From contig CAUQHD010000001.1 of NCBI GenBank assembly GCA_963517805.1, positions 1 through 44,520 on the forward strand: a DNA stretch of 44,520 nucleotides, given 5' to 3'. Shown in pieces: positions 33,802-44,505 of the stretch. Position 1 is the first letter of the stretch. Every line of letters starts with the position of its first letter. This stretch comes from an uncultured Flavobacteriaceae bacterium (GTDB taxonomy: Bacteria; Bacteroidota; Bacteroidia; Flavobacteriales; Weeksellaceae). The position numbers and the translations under genes were made by a program. The notes under the pieces are model-generated. The model was not told where the DNA came from. It made no database searches and saw only the letters and a list, made by a program, of their open reading frames with translations.

Positions 33802-35252
33802 TTTTAGGCTCTTACAGAGGGAAAAGCATCCGCACCAGGATATTCTTTGGGTTTATGATTGTAAGTATCCTGAGTATCATCGGGGTTACTTCTATTTCAT
33901 ATTTAATCCTAAAAAAAGCAGCAGAAAACCAAAACAGAAAAGACCTGCTGAATACTGTAGAAAAGCTCATTGCATCGCTGGATTATGCGGTAAGCCATAC
34001 TACAGTAACAGGAGAAAACATCACAATTATTTTAGAAAATAAAATTCTGGAAATCTCGGATATTAGTAAGCAGGACATCATTTTGTACGACCTGAGCGGA
34101 AATTATATTCTTTCTAATAAAAACCAAAGCCTCATAGCCCAGCAGAAAATCCCTGAACCGATTTTAAAAGAAATTTTAAAATCAGATAAAAGATATGATT
34201 TTGTGGAATATGATGGGAAAATAAAAGGAAATGTTACTTCATCGTATATTAAATTGCTAAACAATATGTTAGAGCCGGTGGCGATTGTTTATTTCCCATT
34301 CTATCACAATGATAATGCCTACTTTGATGTTTTTAATAAATATATAGAAATTTTAGTCGCAGCCAATATCATCATTATTGCTTTCGGTATTGGGCTCAGC
34401 TGGAGGATTTCTTACGAACTGACCCGAAATATCAGGCAGATTTCTGACCAGATTACTAAAATTAACCTTAATGAAAAATTAGAGCCGATAAAGTATTATA
34501 ATGATGATGAATTTACACCTCTTATAAACTCTTATAATAGAACCCTTTACATTATAGATGAACAGAAGGAACTGCTGTCTTTCAGGGAAAAAGAATCTGC
34601 GTGGCGGGAAATGGCAAAACAAGTAGCCCATGAAGTAAAAAATCCCCTTACTCCGATGAAGCTCCTTGTCCAAAATTTTGAGAGAAAGTTTGATAAAAAC
34701 GCTCCCGATATTGAAGATAAAGTCAGCAAATTATGCATTTCATTGGTAGATCAAATAGACCTTATTGCTAAGGTTGCCAATGCTTTTTCGGAATTTACGC
34801 AGCTTCCTGAGAAGAAAAATGAGGTCATCAATGTTAATAACGAAATAAAATCTCTTATCAGAGTTTTTGACAAAAAGCATGAAATTCATTTTCAGGCTGA
34901 TAGAGAAAATATTTTAATTAATTTTGATAAAGTATTTTTCCAAAGAATTATGACCAACCTCATTCTCAATGCCCAACAGGCTGAAGATGAAGACCGAAAG
35001 TTATCCATAAACATAGCGCTGGAACTTCTGAATAAAAAAATAAGCATCACAGTTGAAGATAATGGCGTAGGTATTCCCAAAGAGAAATTAGAAAAAATAT
35101 TTGAGCCGAATTTCACTACAAAAACCAGTGGCACGGGACTTGGCCTCACTATGGTGAAACGAATGATAGAGGATTACAAAGGAGAAATCTCCATCCGCTC
35201 ACAAGAAAAACGGGGAACAAAAGTTTTTGTGATTTTACCTGTTAATATGTAA
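33798..35252 (+). CDS. Membrane sensor histidine kinase (NtrY-like)
   Basis: Two TM segments, H-box [11 protein letters not shown] and G2 box [13 protein letters not shown] overlap with ribE. Confidence 0.85.
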   Translation: MILGSYRGKSIRTRIFFGFMIVSILSIIGVTSISYLILKKAAENQNRKDLLNTVEKLIASLDYAVSHTTVTGENITIILENKILEISDISKQDIILYDLSGNYILSNKNQSLIAQQKIPEPILKEILKSDKRYDFVEYDGKIKGNVTSSYIKLLNNMLEPVAIVYFPFYHNDNAYFDVFNKYIEILVAANIIIIAFGIGLSWRISYELTRNIRQISDQITKINLNEKLEPIKYYNDDEFTPLINSYNRTLYIIDEQKELLSFREKESAWREMAKQVAHEVKNPLTPMKLLVQNFERKFDKNAPDIEDKVSKLCISLVDQIDLIAKVANAFSEFTQLPEKKNEVINVNNEIKSLIRVFDKKHEIHFQADRENILINFDKVFFQRIMTNLILNAQQAEDEDRKLSINIALELLNKKISITVEDNGVGIPKEKLEKIFEPNFTTKTSGTGLGLTMVKRMIEDYKGEISIRSQEKRGTKVFVILPVNM

Positions 35253-35304
35253 ATATTTATTACTTTTAGAGTTCTTATTTAGAAAAGGTACAAATAGTTA
35301 TTTT

Positions 35305-35775
35305 CTATTTTTTAAAACTTTCCCTATCCCAAAATAAAGGAGGGTCAATATGTAATGCTCTCAAATAGGTATAGCCTTGTCCACGATGATGGGTTTCATT
35401 TTCAATAAGGTATAATATCCATTGAGTAAAACTAAAGGTGTTTTGGTATAAAGTCAATTCTTGGCTGTAATCAGTGATTTCTCTCCATTCTTTATTGATA
35501 ATTTTGGAAGTCTTATCCCAAATAGAGAGTATTTCTGACTTGTTATTAGGAAAAGTATTTTCTATTATCTTCTGATGTTTATCCTTAAGTATTTCACCAA
35601 ATACACCATCAACCATCATTACAAATTCTTCTACCATTGCTGAAAAAGGGCGTAGGTTTGCAATACTAAACCCAAAAAGGTCTTTTTCAGGGAAGGTCTT
35701 AATGACATCGCGGGTTAGGGCGCGAACATCTTGAAAATTAGCATATAATAAGTCAGGGGTTAATAAGTCTTTCAT
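35305..35775 (-). CDS. DinB-family protein
   Basis: Internal ATG (MKDLLTPDLL...) of ORF 35305-35949. The C-terminal ENETHHRGQGYTYLR is typical of the DinB_2 fold. Confidence 0.65.
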   Translation of the reverse strand: MKDLLTPDLLYANFQDVRALTRDVIKTFPEKDLFGFSIANLRPFSAMVEEFVMMVDGVFGEILKDKHQKIIENTFPNNKSEILSIWDKTSKIINKEWREITDYSQELTLYQNTFSFTQWILYLIENETHHRGQGYTYLRALHIDPPLFWDRESFKK

Positions 35776-35930
35776 ATAGTATTTTATTATTAAGATAAGA
35801 AACACAAAGGTAAATAAAATCTTCCATAAACAAAATACATTTATAAACATAAACAATAAATTCAGATTATTTTTGTATATCCATGAGTTTATCATAAATT
35901 TGTAATTTTTACAAAAATCATAATATAAAT

Positions 35931-37595
35931 ATGACACAATCACGAGCAAGACAAACCACGGAGGCGATAGAGAAAATATATGTTTCTATGCGCCATCTTT
36001 TTTATAGAGGTTCTTTCAAACCTGGTGGAAGGTCAGGGCAGAATATCAGAACGCTGCTTTCTACCATCAATCCTGAAATCTACGGAACAATGAACAATCC
36101 GAACAAGATAGAATTAGACGGATTGCTCTATGTTTTGGATAGGCTTCCAGAAGGGATAGAGGAATGTGCATTTATTCATTTGACTTCGGATGAAGGCTTT
36201 CACAAAGCGAGTTTCACGCCCATAGTCCCTAAAAAACGAAGAAGAAACTGCTACCGTATAGACCAGCATCAGATGAACATAGAGGTTCTGCTGGGTCGTT
36301 CGGAGATTTATGATATCCTTACTCACCTTACTTTCCTTTATATAGAAGCAGACAAAATTAGAAATATCGGTTTTGATATGGAGGAGGGCAGACCGAGAAG
36401 AGTTTGGAAAATAATAGAAGAAGTAGCCAAAGGAGAGAAAAAATTCACAAGAACCGAAAAGGAAACAGCGATTATCCATCTTTCGGCGCTGCTGGGAAGG
36501 TCTTTTGATGAGACTTTGGAGGCTTACAAAAAATTTGGAAGTGATGACAATCCAGACCGATTGTTCAAGATTGTCTATAACCTTGGGCAAGTAAGTTTCC
36601 TAGACTGGGCAGAGGAAAGAGAGCGCGAAATTTATTTTTCTGCAATATTACAGGAGCGCGTGGGGCATCACCTTTTCGGAGAAAAATGGGCAAATACGCT
36701 TAAAGAAATTTTGGTTAAAGAAAATCTTTACCAAAGACCGCTGAATATCATCAGTGCGAATATGCACTCGGTGAAAAATATGCTTTTTGCGAATGATGCC
36801 TTGAAAAAAACTTGCAAAACAGGAATAGACTACACACTTTACGAGGAAATCAGCAACAAAAAAGACCTTCAAGATAAGATTTTGGACTACGCTCTTTCTC
36901 AAGGGATGATTTACATCAATGATGAAAGCGGAAGTAATATAGATGTGCAAATCATTGATTTAAAGAAAACTAACCTAAAAAATACGCCTTTCGCGGAGGC
37001 TAATTTCTCTGGCGAGGATGTTTTGATAGTTTTTGATTATGCCTTTGGAGAGCAGGCTTACGAGATTATGGACGAGCTTCTGCGCCCATTCGATGTGAAA
37101 GGAGAGGAATGCAGACTCAATGTGAAATCCATCTCTATCATGGGTAAAGCGGGAATTCTTACAGGAGAAAAAGGCGATATCATGATTCCTACATCGCATA
37201 TTTTTGAAGGAACGGCGGACAATTATCCATTTGAAAACGCTCTGAAACTGGACGATTTCCAAGATTCAGAGCTGAAAGCCTTTGAGGGAAGTATGGTCAC
37301 TGTTTTGGGTACATCGCTTCAGAATAAGGATATTTTGTCTTATTTCATGAATACCTCGTGGAAGTCTATCGGATTAGAGATGGAAGGTGCTCATTATCAG
37401 AAAGCTATACAGGTAGCTTCTAAAATCCGCCACCATATCAATGAGAATTTATTCTTATGCTATGCTTACTATGCTTCTGATAATCCACTAGAAACAGGAA
37501 GTACACTTTCTTCGGGAGGGCTTGGGCTTACAGGTGTGAAGCCTACATATTTGATTACATTACGAATTTTAGAGAAAATTTTGAAATACAATTAA
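35931..37595 (+). CDS. Conserved hypothetical protein with C-terminal nucleoside phosphorylase-like (PNP_UDP_1) domain
   Basis: 554 aa. The C-terminal SIMGKAGILTGEKGDIMIP...IGLEMEGAHY resembles the phosphorylase / AMP nucleosidase fold. Confidence 0.55.
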   Translation: MTQSRARQTTEAIEKIYVSMRHLFYRGSFKPGGRSGQNIRTLLSTINPEIYGTMNNPNKIELDGLLYVLDRLPEGIEECAFIHLTSDEGFHKASFTPIVPKKRRRNCYRIDQHQMNIEVLLGRSEIYDILTHLTFLYIEADKIRNIGFDMEEGRPRRVWKIIEEVAKGEKKFTRTEKETAIIHLSALLGRSFDETLEAYKKFGSDDNPDRLFKIVYNLGQVSFLDWAEEREREIYFSAILQERVGHHLFGEKWANTLKEILVKENLYQRPLNIISANMHSVKNMLFANDALKKTCKTGIDYTLYEEISNKKDLQDKILDYALSQGMIYINDESGSNIDVQIIDLKKTNLKNTPFAEANFSGEDVLIVFDYAFGEQAYEIMDELLRPFDVKGEECRLNVKSISIMGKAGILTGEKGDIMIPTSHIFEGTADNYPFENALKLDDFQDSELKAFEGSMVTVLGTSLQNKDILSYFMNTSWKSIGLEMEGAHYQKAIQVASKIRHHINENLFLCYAYYASDNPLETGSTLSSGGLGLTGVKPTYLITLRILEKILKYN

Positions 37596-37700
37596 ATATT
37601 TATCGTGTTGTTTTTCAATGGTTTAATTTTGTTAAATAAATTTATTACTGGGATAATGTTGTAAAGTGAAAAAGTTTTCATAATTTTGCGCCTCAGTTAT

Positions 37701-37771
37701 GGTTCCGTGGCCGAGTGGCTAGGCAGTGGTCTGCAAAACCATCTACAGCGGTTCGAATCCGCTCGGAACCT
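37701..37771 (+). tRNA. tRNA-Cys (GCA)
   Basis: Cloverleaf folded by hand: acceptor GGTTCCG/CGGAACC, anticodon loop CTGCAAA, T-arm AGCGG-TTCGAAT-CCGCT. 71 nt, no encoded CCA. Confidence 0.9.
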
Positions 37772-37785
37772 CAATAAACTTAAAC

Positions 37786-37826
37786 AATCGCTTGTAAATT
37801 AATGTTTTACGAGCGATTTGTTTTTT
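37786..37826 (+). terminator. Rho-independent terminator after tRNA-Cys
   Basis: 13-bp stem AATCGCTTGTAAA/TTTACGAGCGATT, followed by TGTTTTTT. Confidence 0.7.
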
Positions 37827-37983
37827 AAGGTGACAATATATATATATTATAAGCCAATTCAAAAGACAAGAATTAGAGTTGATTTCAAATTCTTAAGTCA
37901 AAATAGAAAGACCTCAAATTTTAAATTGATGTTTTTTTTGTTAAGTATTAAAGACAGAAAAATATATTTTTTTTATTTTTTTT

Positions 37984-38012
37984 CTTGATATTCAAAAAAA
38001 TGATTATATTTG
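37984..38012 (+). promoter_or_regulatory. Putative tuf promoter (-7 TATATTTG at 38005-38012)
   Basis: TAnnTTTG match 45 nt upstream of the tuf ATG, with a degenerate -33 (CTTG) 17 nt upstream of it. Confidence 0.4.
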
Positions 38013-38056
38013 CACACTGAATTGAAAAATAGTTTAAACATAAAATAATTTAAATC

Positions 38057-39244
38057 ATGGCAAAGGAAACGTTTAATCGTAGCAAACCGCATTTGAACAT
38101 TGGTACTATTGGTCACGTTGACCACGGTAAGACTACTTTGACTGCTGCAATTTCTAAAGTGTTGTCAGACAAAGGATTGGCTGAAAAGAGAGATTTCTCT
38201 GCAATTGACTCAGCTCCAGAAGAAAAAGAAAGAGGTATTACAATTAATACTTCACATATTGAATATGAAACAGAAAACAGACACTATGCCCATGTAGACT
38301 GTCCTGGTCACGCCGACTATGTTAAAAACATGGTAACTGGTGCTGCTCAAATGGATGGAGCTATCCTTGTGTGTGCTGCAACTGATGGGCCTATGCCACA
38401 AACGAGAGAGCATATCTTGCTTTGTCGTCAGGTAAATGTTCCAAGAATCGTTGTGTTCATGAACAAAGTGGATATGGTGGATGACCCAGAATTGTTAGAA
38501 TTGGTAGAACTTGAGTTGAGAGATCTTCTTTCTTCTTATGAATATGACGGAGATAACTCTCCAGTAATCAAAGGTTCTGCTCTTGGTGCTCTTAATGGTG
38601 AGCCTAAGTGGGTTGCTACAGTAGAAGAATTGATGGATGCTGTAGATAACTGGATCGAGCAACCAGTGAGAGATCAAGATAAGCCATTCTTGATGCCGAT
38701 AGAAGATGTATTCTCTATTACAGGTAGAGGTACTGTGGCTACAGGTAGAATCGAGTCTGGTGTTATCAATACAGGTGATCCTGTTGATATCATTGGTATG
38801 GGTGCTGAAAAATTAACTTCTACTGTAACAGGGGTAGAGATGTTTAGAAAAATCCTTGACAGAGGAGAGGCTGGAGATAATGTTGGTCTATTGTTGAGAG
38901 GTATCGAGAAAACTGATATCAGAAGAGGTATGGTTATCGCTAAACAAGGATCTGTAACTCCACACAAAAAATTCAAAGCAGAGGTTTATATCCTTTCTAA
39001 AGAAGAAGGAGGAAGACACACTCCATTCCACAACAAATATCGTCCTCAGTTCTATGTAAGAACAACGGATGTTACAGGTGAGATCTTCTTACCAGATGGT
39101 GTAGAAATGGTAATGCCTGGTGATAACTTGACTATTACAGTAGAATTGTTACAACCAATCGCTCTTAATGTAGGTCTTAGATTTGCAATCAGAGAAGGTG
39201 GTAGAACAGTAGGTGCTGGTCAGGTAACTGAAATTTTAGACTAA
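38057..39244 (+). CDS. tuf: Elongation factor Tu
   Basis: [14 protein letters not shown] and NKVD GTPase motifs with full-length EF-Tu similarity. Confidence 0.98.
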   Translation: MAKETFNRSKPHLNIGTIGHVDHGKTTLTAAISKVLSDKGLAEKRDFSAIDSAPEEKERGITINTSHIEYETENRHYAHVDCPGHADYVKNMVTGAAQMDGAILVCAATDGPMPQTREHILLCRQVNVPRIVVFMNKVDMVDDPELLELVELELRDLLSSYEYDGDNSPVIKGSALGALNGEPKWVATVEELMDAVDNWIEQPVRDQDKPFLMPIEDVFSITGRGTVATGRIESGVINTGDPVDIIGMGAEKLTSTVTGVEMFRKILDRGEAGDNVGLLLRGIEKTDIRRGMVIAKQGSVTPHKKFKAEVYILSKEEGGRHTPFHNKYRPQFYVRTTDVTGEIFLPDGVEMVMPGDNLTITVELLQPIALNVGLRFAIREGGRTVGAGQVTEILD

Positions 39245-39261
39245 TCATTTAGTATAATAAG

Positions 39262-39296
39262 GTTTTCCCGAAAGGGAGCTTTCGGGAAAACTTTTT
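39262..39296 (+). terminator. Rho-independent terminator after tuf
   Basis: 13-bp stem GTTTTCCCGAAAG/CTTTCGGGAAAAC, GGAG loop, then T5. Confidence 0.8.
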
Positions 39297-39313
39297 AAAT
39301 TTAAAATTAAACT

Positions 39314-39384
39314 ACGGGCATCGTCCAATGGTAGGATACCGGTCTCCAAAACCGTTGATCTGGGTTCGAATCCTAGTGCCCGTG
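39314..39384 (+). tRNA. tRNA-Trp (CCA)
   Basis: Acceptor ACGGGCA/TGCCCGT, anticodon loop CTCCAAA, T-arm CTGGG-TTCGAAT-CCTAG. Classic position between tuf and secE. Confidence 0.9.
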
Positions 39385-39465
39385 CAAATTTAGACTAAGG
39401 TATTTGTTTTTTTATTAAATAGAAAATTCCTTAGTTTTTGTATTTTAACTGAACATTTAAAAAGT

Positions 39466-39672
39466 ATGGGTTCATTAATTAATTTTGTCAAAAGTTCTTT
39501 TATAGAATTCAAAGAAAATGTAGAATGGCCAAAATGGGCTGATTTACAATCATCTACTATTGTAGTGAGCGTTTCTACATTGATATTGGCTTTATTCACA
39601 TTTGGAGTAGATACATCTTTTAGTTTAACTATTAGAAATCTATATTCGTTATTTATAGGATTGTTTAATTAA
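39466..39672 (+). CDS. secE: Preprotein translocase subunit SecE
   Basis: 68 aa with a single C-terminal TM and the EFKENVEWPKW motif. Lies upstream of nusG. Confidence 0.85.
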   Translation: MGSLINFVKSSFIEFKENVEWPKWADLQSSTIVVSVSTLILALFTFGVDTSFSLTIRNLYSLFIGLFN

Positions 39673-39683
39673 AATTATTTTCC

Positions 39684-40226
39684 ATGAGTGATTTAAAATG
39701 GTATGTGCTAAAAGCAGTGAGCGGACAGGAAAATAAAGTAAAATCCTATATAGAAACTGAGGTCAGAAGATTGGGATATGAAGCCTTTGTTACCCAAGTT
39801 GTGATTCCTACTGAAAAAGTAGTCCAAATGAGAAATGGGAAAAAGGTTTTAAAAGAAAGACCTTATTATCCAGGATATCTTATGGTGGAGGCTGACCTTA
39901 TGGGTGAGATTCCGCATATGATTAAGAATATACCAGGGGTTATTTCGTTTTTGAGTTTGACAAAAGGAGGAGACCCTGTTCCGATGAGAAAATCAGAAGT
40001 TAATAGAATGTTGGGGAAAATGGATGAACTTTCTGAATTTGCAGTGGATGTAGAGATTCCTTTTGTTGTAGGAGAAAATGTGAAAGTTATAGACGGGCCA
40101 TTTAATGGATTCAATGGTTCTATTGAGAAAATCCATGAAGATAAGAAAAAATTAGAAGTTAAAGTTCGAATATTTGGAAGGGAAACTCCATTAGAACTAA
40201 GCTACATGCAAGTAGAAAAACTTTAA
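39684..40226 (+). CDS. nusG: Transcription termination/antitermination factor NusG
   Basis: KWYVLKAVSGQENKV N-terminus (NGN domain) and a KOW-like C-terminus. Confidence 0.95.
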   Translation: MSDLKWYVLKAVSGQENKVKSYIETEVRRLGYEAFVTQVVIPTEKVVQMRNGKKVLKERPYYPGYLMVEADLMGEIPHMIKNIPGVISFLSLTKGGDPVPMRKSEVNRMLGKMDELSEFAVDVEIPFVVGENVKVIDGPFNGFNGSIEKIHEDKKKLEVKVRIFGRETPLELSYMQVEKL

Positions 40227-40235
40227 TTAAAATAC

Positions 40236-40262
40236 AACCACTCTTTTCAGGGTGGTTTTTTA
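40236..40262 (+). terminator. Rho-independent terminator after nusG
   Basis: AACCACTCT-TTTC-AGGGTGGTT followed by a T run. Confidence 0.7.
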
Positions 40263-40292
40263 TTGATATTTAGAATAAAAAGTAAATTTATT

Positions 40293-40323
40293 TTTGTAGA
40301 TAAGAAATAAATTTATAATTTTG
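40293..40323 (+). promoter_or_regulatory. Putative rplK operon promoter (-33 TTTG 40293-40296, -7 TAATTTTG 40316-40323)
   Basis: TTTG-N19-TAnnTTTG spacing matches the Bacteroidota consensus. Confidence 0.45.
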
Positions 40324-40438
40324 CAGTCCGTAAATGGAGTTGAAATGTTCAGGTGAGAAGGATATTTCATCTATTCATTTATAGATTTATAAAATGCTTC
40401 CACATTTTTATATTTTTAATTTATTTTAATAAAGAAAC

Positions 40439-40879
40439 ATGGCAAAGAAAGTCTTTAAAATGGTAAAACTTCAAGTGAAAGGAGGGGCAGCAAACCCTTC
40501 TCCACCAGTAGGTCCAGCATTGGGTTCTGCAGGGGTAAACATTATGGAGTTTTGTAAACAATTTAATGGAAGAACGCAAGATAAGCCAGGTCAAATCCTT
40601 CCTGTAGTAATTACAGTTTATGAGGATAAATCTTTCGAATTTATCATTAAAACACCTCCAGCAGCGGTTCAGCTTTTAGAGGCGTCTAAGGTAAAGAAAG
40701 GATCTGGGGAGCCTAACAGAAACAAAGTAGGTTCTGTAACTTGGGAGCAAGTACAAAAAATAGCTGAAGATAAAATGGCAGATCTTAACTGCTTTACACT
40801 AGATTCAGCTTTGAGTATGGTTGCTGGTACAGCAAGATCAATGGGATTAAAAGTAACAGGAACGAAACCTAACGCTTAA
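40439..40879 (+). CDS. rplK: 50S ribosomal protein L11
   Basis: [20 protein letters not shown] signature. Confidence 0.97.
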   Translation: MAKKVFKMVKLQVKGGAANPSPPVGPALGSAGVNIMEFCKQFNGRTQDKPGQILPVVITVYEDKSFEFIIKTPPAAVQLLEASKVKKGSGEPNRNKVGSVTWEQVQKIAEDKMADLNCFTLDSALSMVAGTARSMGLKVTGTKPNA

Positions 40880-40889
40880 AAATTAAGGA

Positions 40890-41582
40890 ATGGCAAAATT
40901 AACTAAAAAGCAAAAGGAAGCTGTAGCTAAGCTAGAAAAAAATAAGGCATATAGCCTTGAAGAAGCTTCAGCCTTAGTAAAAGAAGTAAATACAGCAAAA
41001 TTTGATGCTTCTGTAGATATCGCTGTGAGATTAGGTGTAGATCCTCGTAAAGCTAACCAAATGGTAAGAGGAGTAGTTTCTCTTCCTCATGGAACGGGTA
41101 AAGACATCCGTGTATTGGCTTTGGTTACTCCTGATAAAGAAGCAGAAGCGAAAGCTGCTGGTGCTGACCATGTAGGTCTAGATGAGTACTTAGAAAAAAT
41201 CAAAAATGGTTGGACAGATGTAGATGTTATTGTTACTATGCCAGCTGTGATGGGTAAACTAGGTCCATTGGGTAGAGTATTGGGTCCAAGAGGTCTAATG
41301 CCAAACCCTAAGTCTGGAACAGTTACTATGGAAGTAGGTAAAGCAGTAGCAGAGGTGAAATCAGGTAAAATTGATTTCAAAGTGGATAAATATGGTATTG
41401 TACATGCAGGTATTGGTAAAGTATCTTTCGATGCAGATAAGATTAGAGAAAATGCACAAGAGCTTATTCAGGCTTTAATCAAATTAAAACCAACTGCAGC
41501 AAAAGGAACTTATGTGAAGAGTATTTACCTTTCTTCTACAATGAGTCCAGGTATTGCTATCGATACTAAATCTGTAAACTAA
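40890..41582 (+). CDS. rplA: 50S ribosomal protein L1
   Basis: Full-length L1 similarity ([16 protein letters not shown]). Confidence 0.97.
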   Translation: MAKLTKKQKEAVAKLEKNKAYSLEEASALVKEVNTAKFDASVDIAVRLGVDPRKANQMVRGVVSLPHGTGKDIRVLALVTPDKEAEAKAAGADHVGLDEYLEKIKNGWTDVDVIVTMPAVMGKLGPLGRVLGPRGLMPNPKSGTVTMEVGKAVAEVKSGKIDFKVDKYGIVHAGIGKVSFDADKIRENAQELIQALIKLKPTAAKGTYVKSIYLSSTMSPGIAIDTKSVN

Positions 41583-41595
41583 AATCTGAAAGACA

Positions 41596-42141
41596 ATGAC
41601 AAAAGAAGAAAAAGTATTAGTAATACAAGAATTAAAAGAATTGTTACAAGATGCCAAAGTGGTTTATGTAGCAAATCTTGAAGGAATGAATGCTGCTGCT
41701 ACTTCAGATTTTAGAAGACAAGCATTTAAAAGTAATGTTACGCTTAGAGTTGTAAAAAATACATTGCTTCAAAAAGCGATGGAACAAGTAGAGGGAGTAG
41801 ATTACTCAGAAATGTTCTCTACATTCAAAGGAAACTCTGCATTGATGATAGCAGAAGTAGCAAATGCTCCTGCAAAACTTATCAAGAATTTCAGAAAGAA
41901 TGGAGAATTCCCTGCGTTGAAATCAGCTTATTTGCAAGAAACTTTCTATATTGGTGATAACCAGTTAGATACTCTAGCGAACATCAAGTCTAAAGAAGAG
42001 ATGATTGGAGAAATCATAGGATTACTTCAATCTCCAATCAGAAACTTGATTTCTGCATTGCAAAACAAACCAGAGGTTGCAGAAGCTCCTGTGGCAGAAG
42101 AACCAAAAGAAGAGTCTGCATCTGAAGAAGGAGCAGAGTAA
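41596..42141 (+). CDS. rplJ: 50S ribosomal protein L10
   Basis: L10 pattern and operon position. Confidence 0.93.
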   Translation: MTKEEKVLVIQELKELLQDAKVVYVANLEGMNAAATSDFRRQAFKSNVTLRVVKNTLLQKAMEQVEGVDYSEMFSTFKGNSALMIAEVANAPAKLIKNFRKNGEFPALKSAYLQETFYIGDNQLDTLANIKSKEEMIGEIIGLLQSPIRNLISALQNKPEVAEAPVAEEPKEESASEEGAE

Positions 42142-42217
42142 TTTTGGGACTTCAGTGAGTAAAATAGACACTCAATAAAATTAAAATAAATCGTTCAACA
42201 ATTAAAACATTAGAAAA

Positions 42218-42589
42218 ATGTCAGATTTAAAAAAATTAGCGGAAACGCTTGTTAACTTAACAGTAAAAGATGTAAATGAATTAGCTACTATTCTTAAAGA
42301 AGAGTACGGAATCGAGCCAGCTGCAGCAGCAGTAGTAGTATCTGGTGGTGCTGGTGGAGGTGATGCAGCTGAGGAAAAATCAGAATTTGATGTAATCCTT
42401 AAAAATGCAGGTGCTTCTAAATTAGCTGTTGTTAAGTTAGTTAAAGACTTAACAGGTGCTGGTCTTAAGGAAGCTAAAGACATCGTAGATGGTGCTCCAG
42501 CTCCAGTAAAAACAGGAGTTCCAAAAGACGAAGCAGAAGCTCTTAAAAAGCAATTAGAAGAAGCTGGTGCTGAAGTAGAATTGAAGTAA
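42218..42589 (+). CDS. rplL: 50S ribosomal protein L7/L12
   Basis: Ala-rich hinge and the C-terminal [21 protein letters not shown] motif. Confidence 0.97.
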   Translation: MSDLKKLAETLVNLTVKDVNELATILKEEYGIEPAAAAVVVSGGAGGGDAAEEKSEFDVILKNAGASKLAVVKLVKDLTGAGLKEAKDIVDGAPAPVKTGVPKDEAEALKKQLEEAGAEVELK

Positions 42590-42608
42590 TTATTAAATTA
42601 CAATAACT

Positions 42609-42647
42609 AAAAAAGCTGTTTCATTTTGAAACAGCTTTTTATTTTTT
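42609..42647. terminator. Bidirectional rho-independent terminator
   Basis: AGCTGTTTC-ATTTT-GAAACAGCT flanked by an A run and a T run, between convergent rplL and the DedA gene. Confidence 0.75.
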
Positions 42648-42685
42648 TACTAATCGAGAATAAATCTAAAAAGTATTTAAAAATT

Positions 42686-43339
42686 TTATTTTTTAAGGGC
42701 TTTGATTATAACTGGAGTTGTAGTTACTACAATCAGTCCAATGATGATGTATTCCAAATGTTTTTTCAAATCAATTCCGAACTGATCGATAAAAAGTTTA
42801 TCCAAATAATGTCCAGCAAAAACCAATGAGAAAGACCATAAAAGCCCACCTATAATATTATATAAAAAAAACTTTTTGCTATCCATTTTCACTATGCCCG
42901 CTACAATAGGAGCAAAGGTTCTAATCATAGGTAAAAATCTCGCAATGATGATAGCCATCGCTCCATTTTCTTCGTAAAATTGCTGTGCTTTCAGCAGATA
43001 ACTTCTTTTAAAGAAAAAAGATTCTTTCTTTTGGTAAAGTTTCTGACCGCTTTTTGAACCAAACCAATATCCCACTGAATCGCCAAGAATAGCGGCAATG
43101 CCGACAGTGGCCGCTAAAATCGTGGTATTGAGAAGGTCACTTCCTGTTTCTCCAAAGGTTTCACTGATAATAGTAGTGGAATAAATCCCAGAAATAAACA
43201 ACAGGCTGTCCCCAGGCAGGAAGAATCCGAAGAACAATCCCGATTCTGCAAATACGATGAGAAGCACCAGCCAAAACCCTCCCAATTTAATGTAAAATTC
43301 AGGGTTTACTAAATCTTTCCAACTTTCAAAATGTTCCAT
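42686..43339 (-). CDS. DedA/VTT-family membrane protein
   Basis: FAESGLFFGFFLPGDSLLF motif in a multi-TM protein. Confidence 0.85.
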   Translation of the reverse strand: MEHFESWKDLVNPEFYIKLGGFWLVLLIVFAESGLFFGFFLPGDSLLFISGIYSTTIISETFGETGSDLLNTTILAATVGIAAILGDSVGYWFGSKSGQKLYQKKESFFFKRSYLLKAQQFYEENGAMAIIIARFLPMIRTFAPIVAGIVKMDSKKFFLYNIIGGLLWSFSLVFAGHYLDKLFIDQFGIDLKKHLEYIIIGLIVVTTTPVIIKALKK

Positions 43340-43392
43340 AAAATCTAATAATCAACAAAGATAATTTATTTAAGAATATCAACTATAAAATT

Positions 43393-44505
43393 TTATATCA
43401 TTAAATCATGAGTTTCGTCACTTTGTCCTTCTGCCATTAAGAAAGATTTCAGGAATGGAGTGATATTACCATTCATCACAGCATCTACATCAGAGGTCTC
43501 ATAGCCAGAGCGAACATCTTTTACTAATTTGTAAGGATGCATCACATAGTTTCTAATCTGGCTGCCCCATTCTATCTTCATTTTTCCTGCTTCTATTTCG
43601 TTCCGTGCCTTGTTTCTTTCTTCCAATTCTATTTCGTAAAGCCTTGATTTTAAGAGCTGCATGGCTTTTTCTTTGTTTTGAAGTTGTGAACGGCTTTCAG
43701 AGTTTTCGATGATGATTCCCGTAGGGTGGTGGCGAAGTCGCACGGCAGTTTCTACTTTGTTTACATTCTGTCCTCCTGCACCGCTGGCTCTCATGGTTTC
43801 GAAGGTAATATCGGAAGGATTGATATTAATCTCAATAGTGTCATCCACCAAAGGATAAACATAAACGGAAACAAAGCTGGTATGGCGTTTCGCATTGCTG
43901 TCAAAAGGAGAAATTCTTACTAAACGATGCACGCCGTTTTCGCCTTTTAGATATCCGAAGGCAAATTCGCCATCTATCTCTAATGTCACGGTTTTCACGC
44001 CCGCTACATCTCCTTCTTGGAAGTTGAGCTCTCGCACGCTGTATCCCTGCTTTTCTGCCCACATGATGTACATTCTCATCAGCATAGATGCCCAGTCACA
44101 GCTCTCCGTTCCACCTGCTCCAGCTGTGATTTGGAGGACGGCAGAAAGCTCATCTCCTTCGCTGGAAAGCATATTTTTGAATTCCAGATTTTCTATTTTT
44201 TCAAGAAGTTTTGGGAAAATGTCTTCCACTTCTTTTTCGCTGTCTGGGTCTTCTTTGGAAAACTCTACCAATACTTGTAAATCTTCAAATTCTTTATGGA
44301 TTTCCTCATATTCTTCCACCCATTTCTTTTTGGAGCGGAGCTGTTTCAGAAATGCTTCGGCTTCTTTCGGGTTGTCCCAAAATTCTGGCGAAGCGGTTTT
44401 CTCATCATCATTGGCTATTTCTACCTTTTTTCGCTCTATTTGAAGGTATTTGTATAAATCTTCTATTCGGGTCTGTGTGTCTTTTATTTGCTCGTTACTA
44501 ATCAC
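43393..44505 (-). CDS. prfB: Peptide chain release factor 2 (single frame, GTG start)
   Basis: SPF tripeptide (RISPFDS) and GGQ ([10 protein letters not shown]). There is an in-frame stop 12 nt upstream of GTG 44505. Confidence 0.9.
   Translation of the reverse strand: MISNEQIKDTQTRIEDLYKYLQIERKKVEIANDDEKTASPEFWDNPKEAEAFLKQLRSKKKWVEEYEEIHKEFEDLQVLVEFSKEDPDSEKEVEDIFPKLLEKIENLEFKNMLSSEGDELSAVLQITAGAGGTESCDWASMLMRMYIMWAEKQGYSVRELNFQEGDVAGVKTVTLEIDGEFAFGYLKGENGVHRLVRISPFDSNAKRHTSFVSVYVYPLVDDTIEININPSDITFETMRASGAGGQNVNKVETAVRLRHHPTGIIIENSESRSQLQNKEKAMQLLKSRLYEIELEERNKARNEIEAGKMKIEWGSQIRNYVMHPYKLVKDVRSGYETSDVDAVMNGNITPFLKSFLMAEGQSDETHDLMI

Noticed and set aside
35776-35949. 58-codon N-terminal extension of the DinB-like ORF
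   Set aside because: The extension is hydrophobic AT-rich read-through that overlaps the start of the divergent gene at 35931. The DinB fold begins at the internal ATG at 35775.
33798-37595. Histidine kinase plus PNP-domain protein as a Detocs-like defence system
   Set aside because: The kinase is a membrane NtrY-type sensor translationally coupled to ribE. There is no receiver domain on the PNP-domain protein and no phosphotransfer buffer protein. A DinB gene on the opposite strand separates the two. The context looks housekeeping.
39390-39599. Minus-strand 69-aa ORF
   Set aside because: It overlaps secE on the opposite strand. The secE assignment is supported by motif and by conserved tRNA-Trp-secE-nusG synteny.
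43393-44505. Programmed +1 frameshift in prfB
   Set aside because: The whole RF2 reads in a single frame. The codons at the expected site are CTT CAA with no in-frame UGA.
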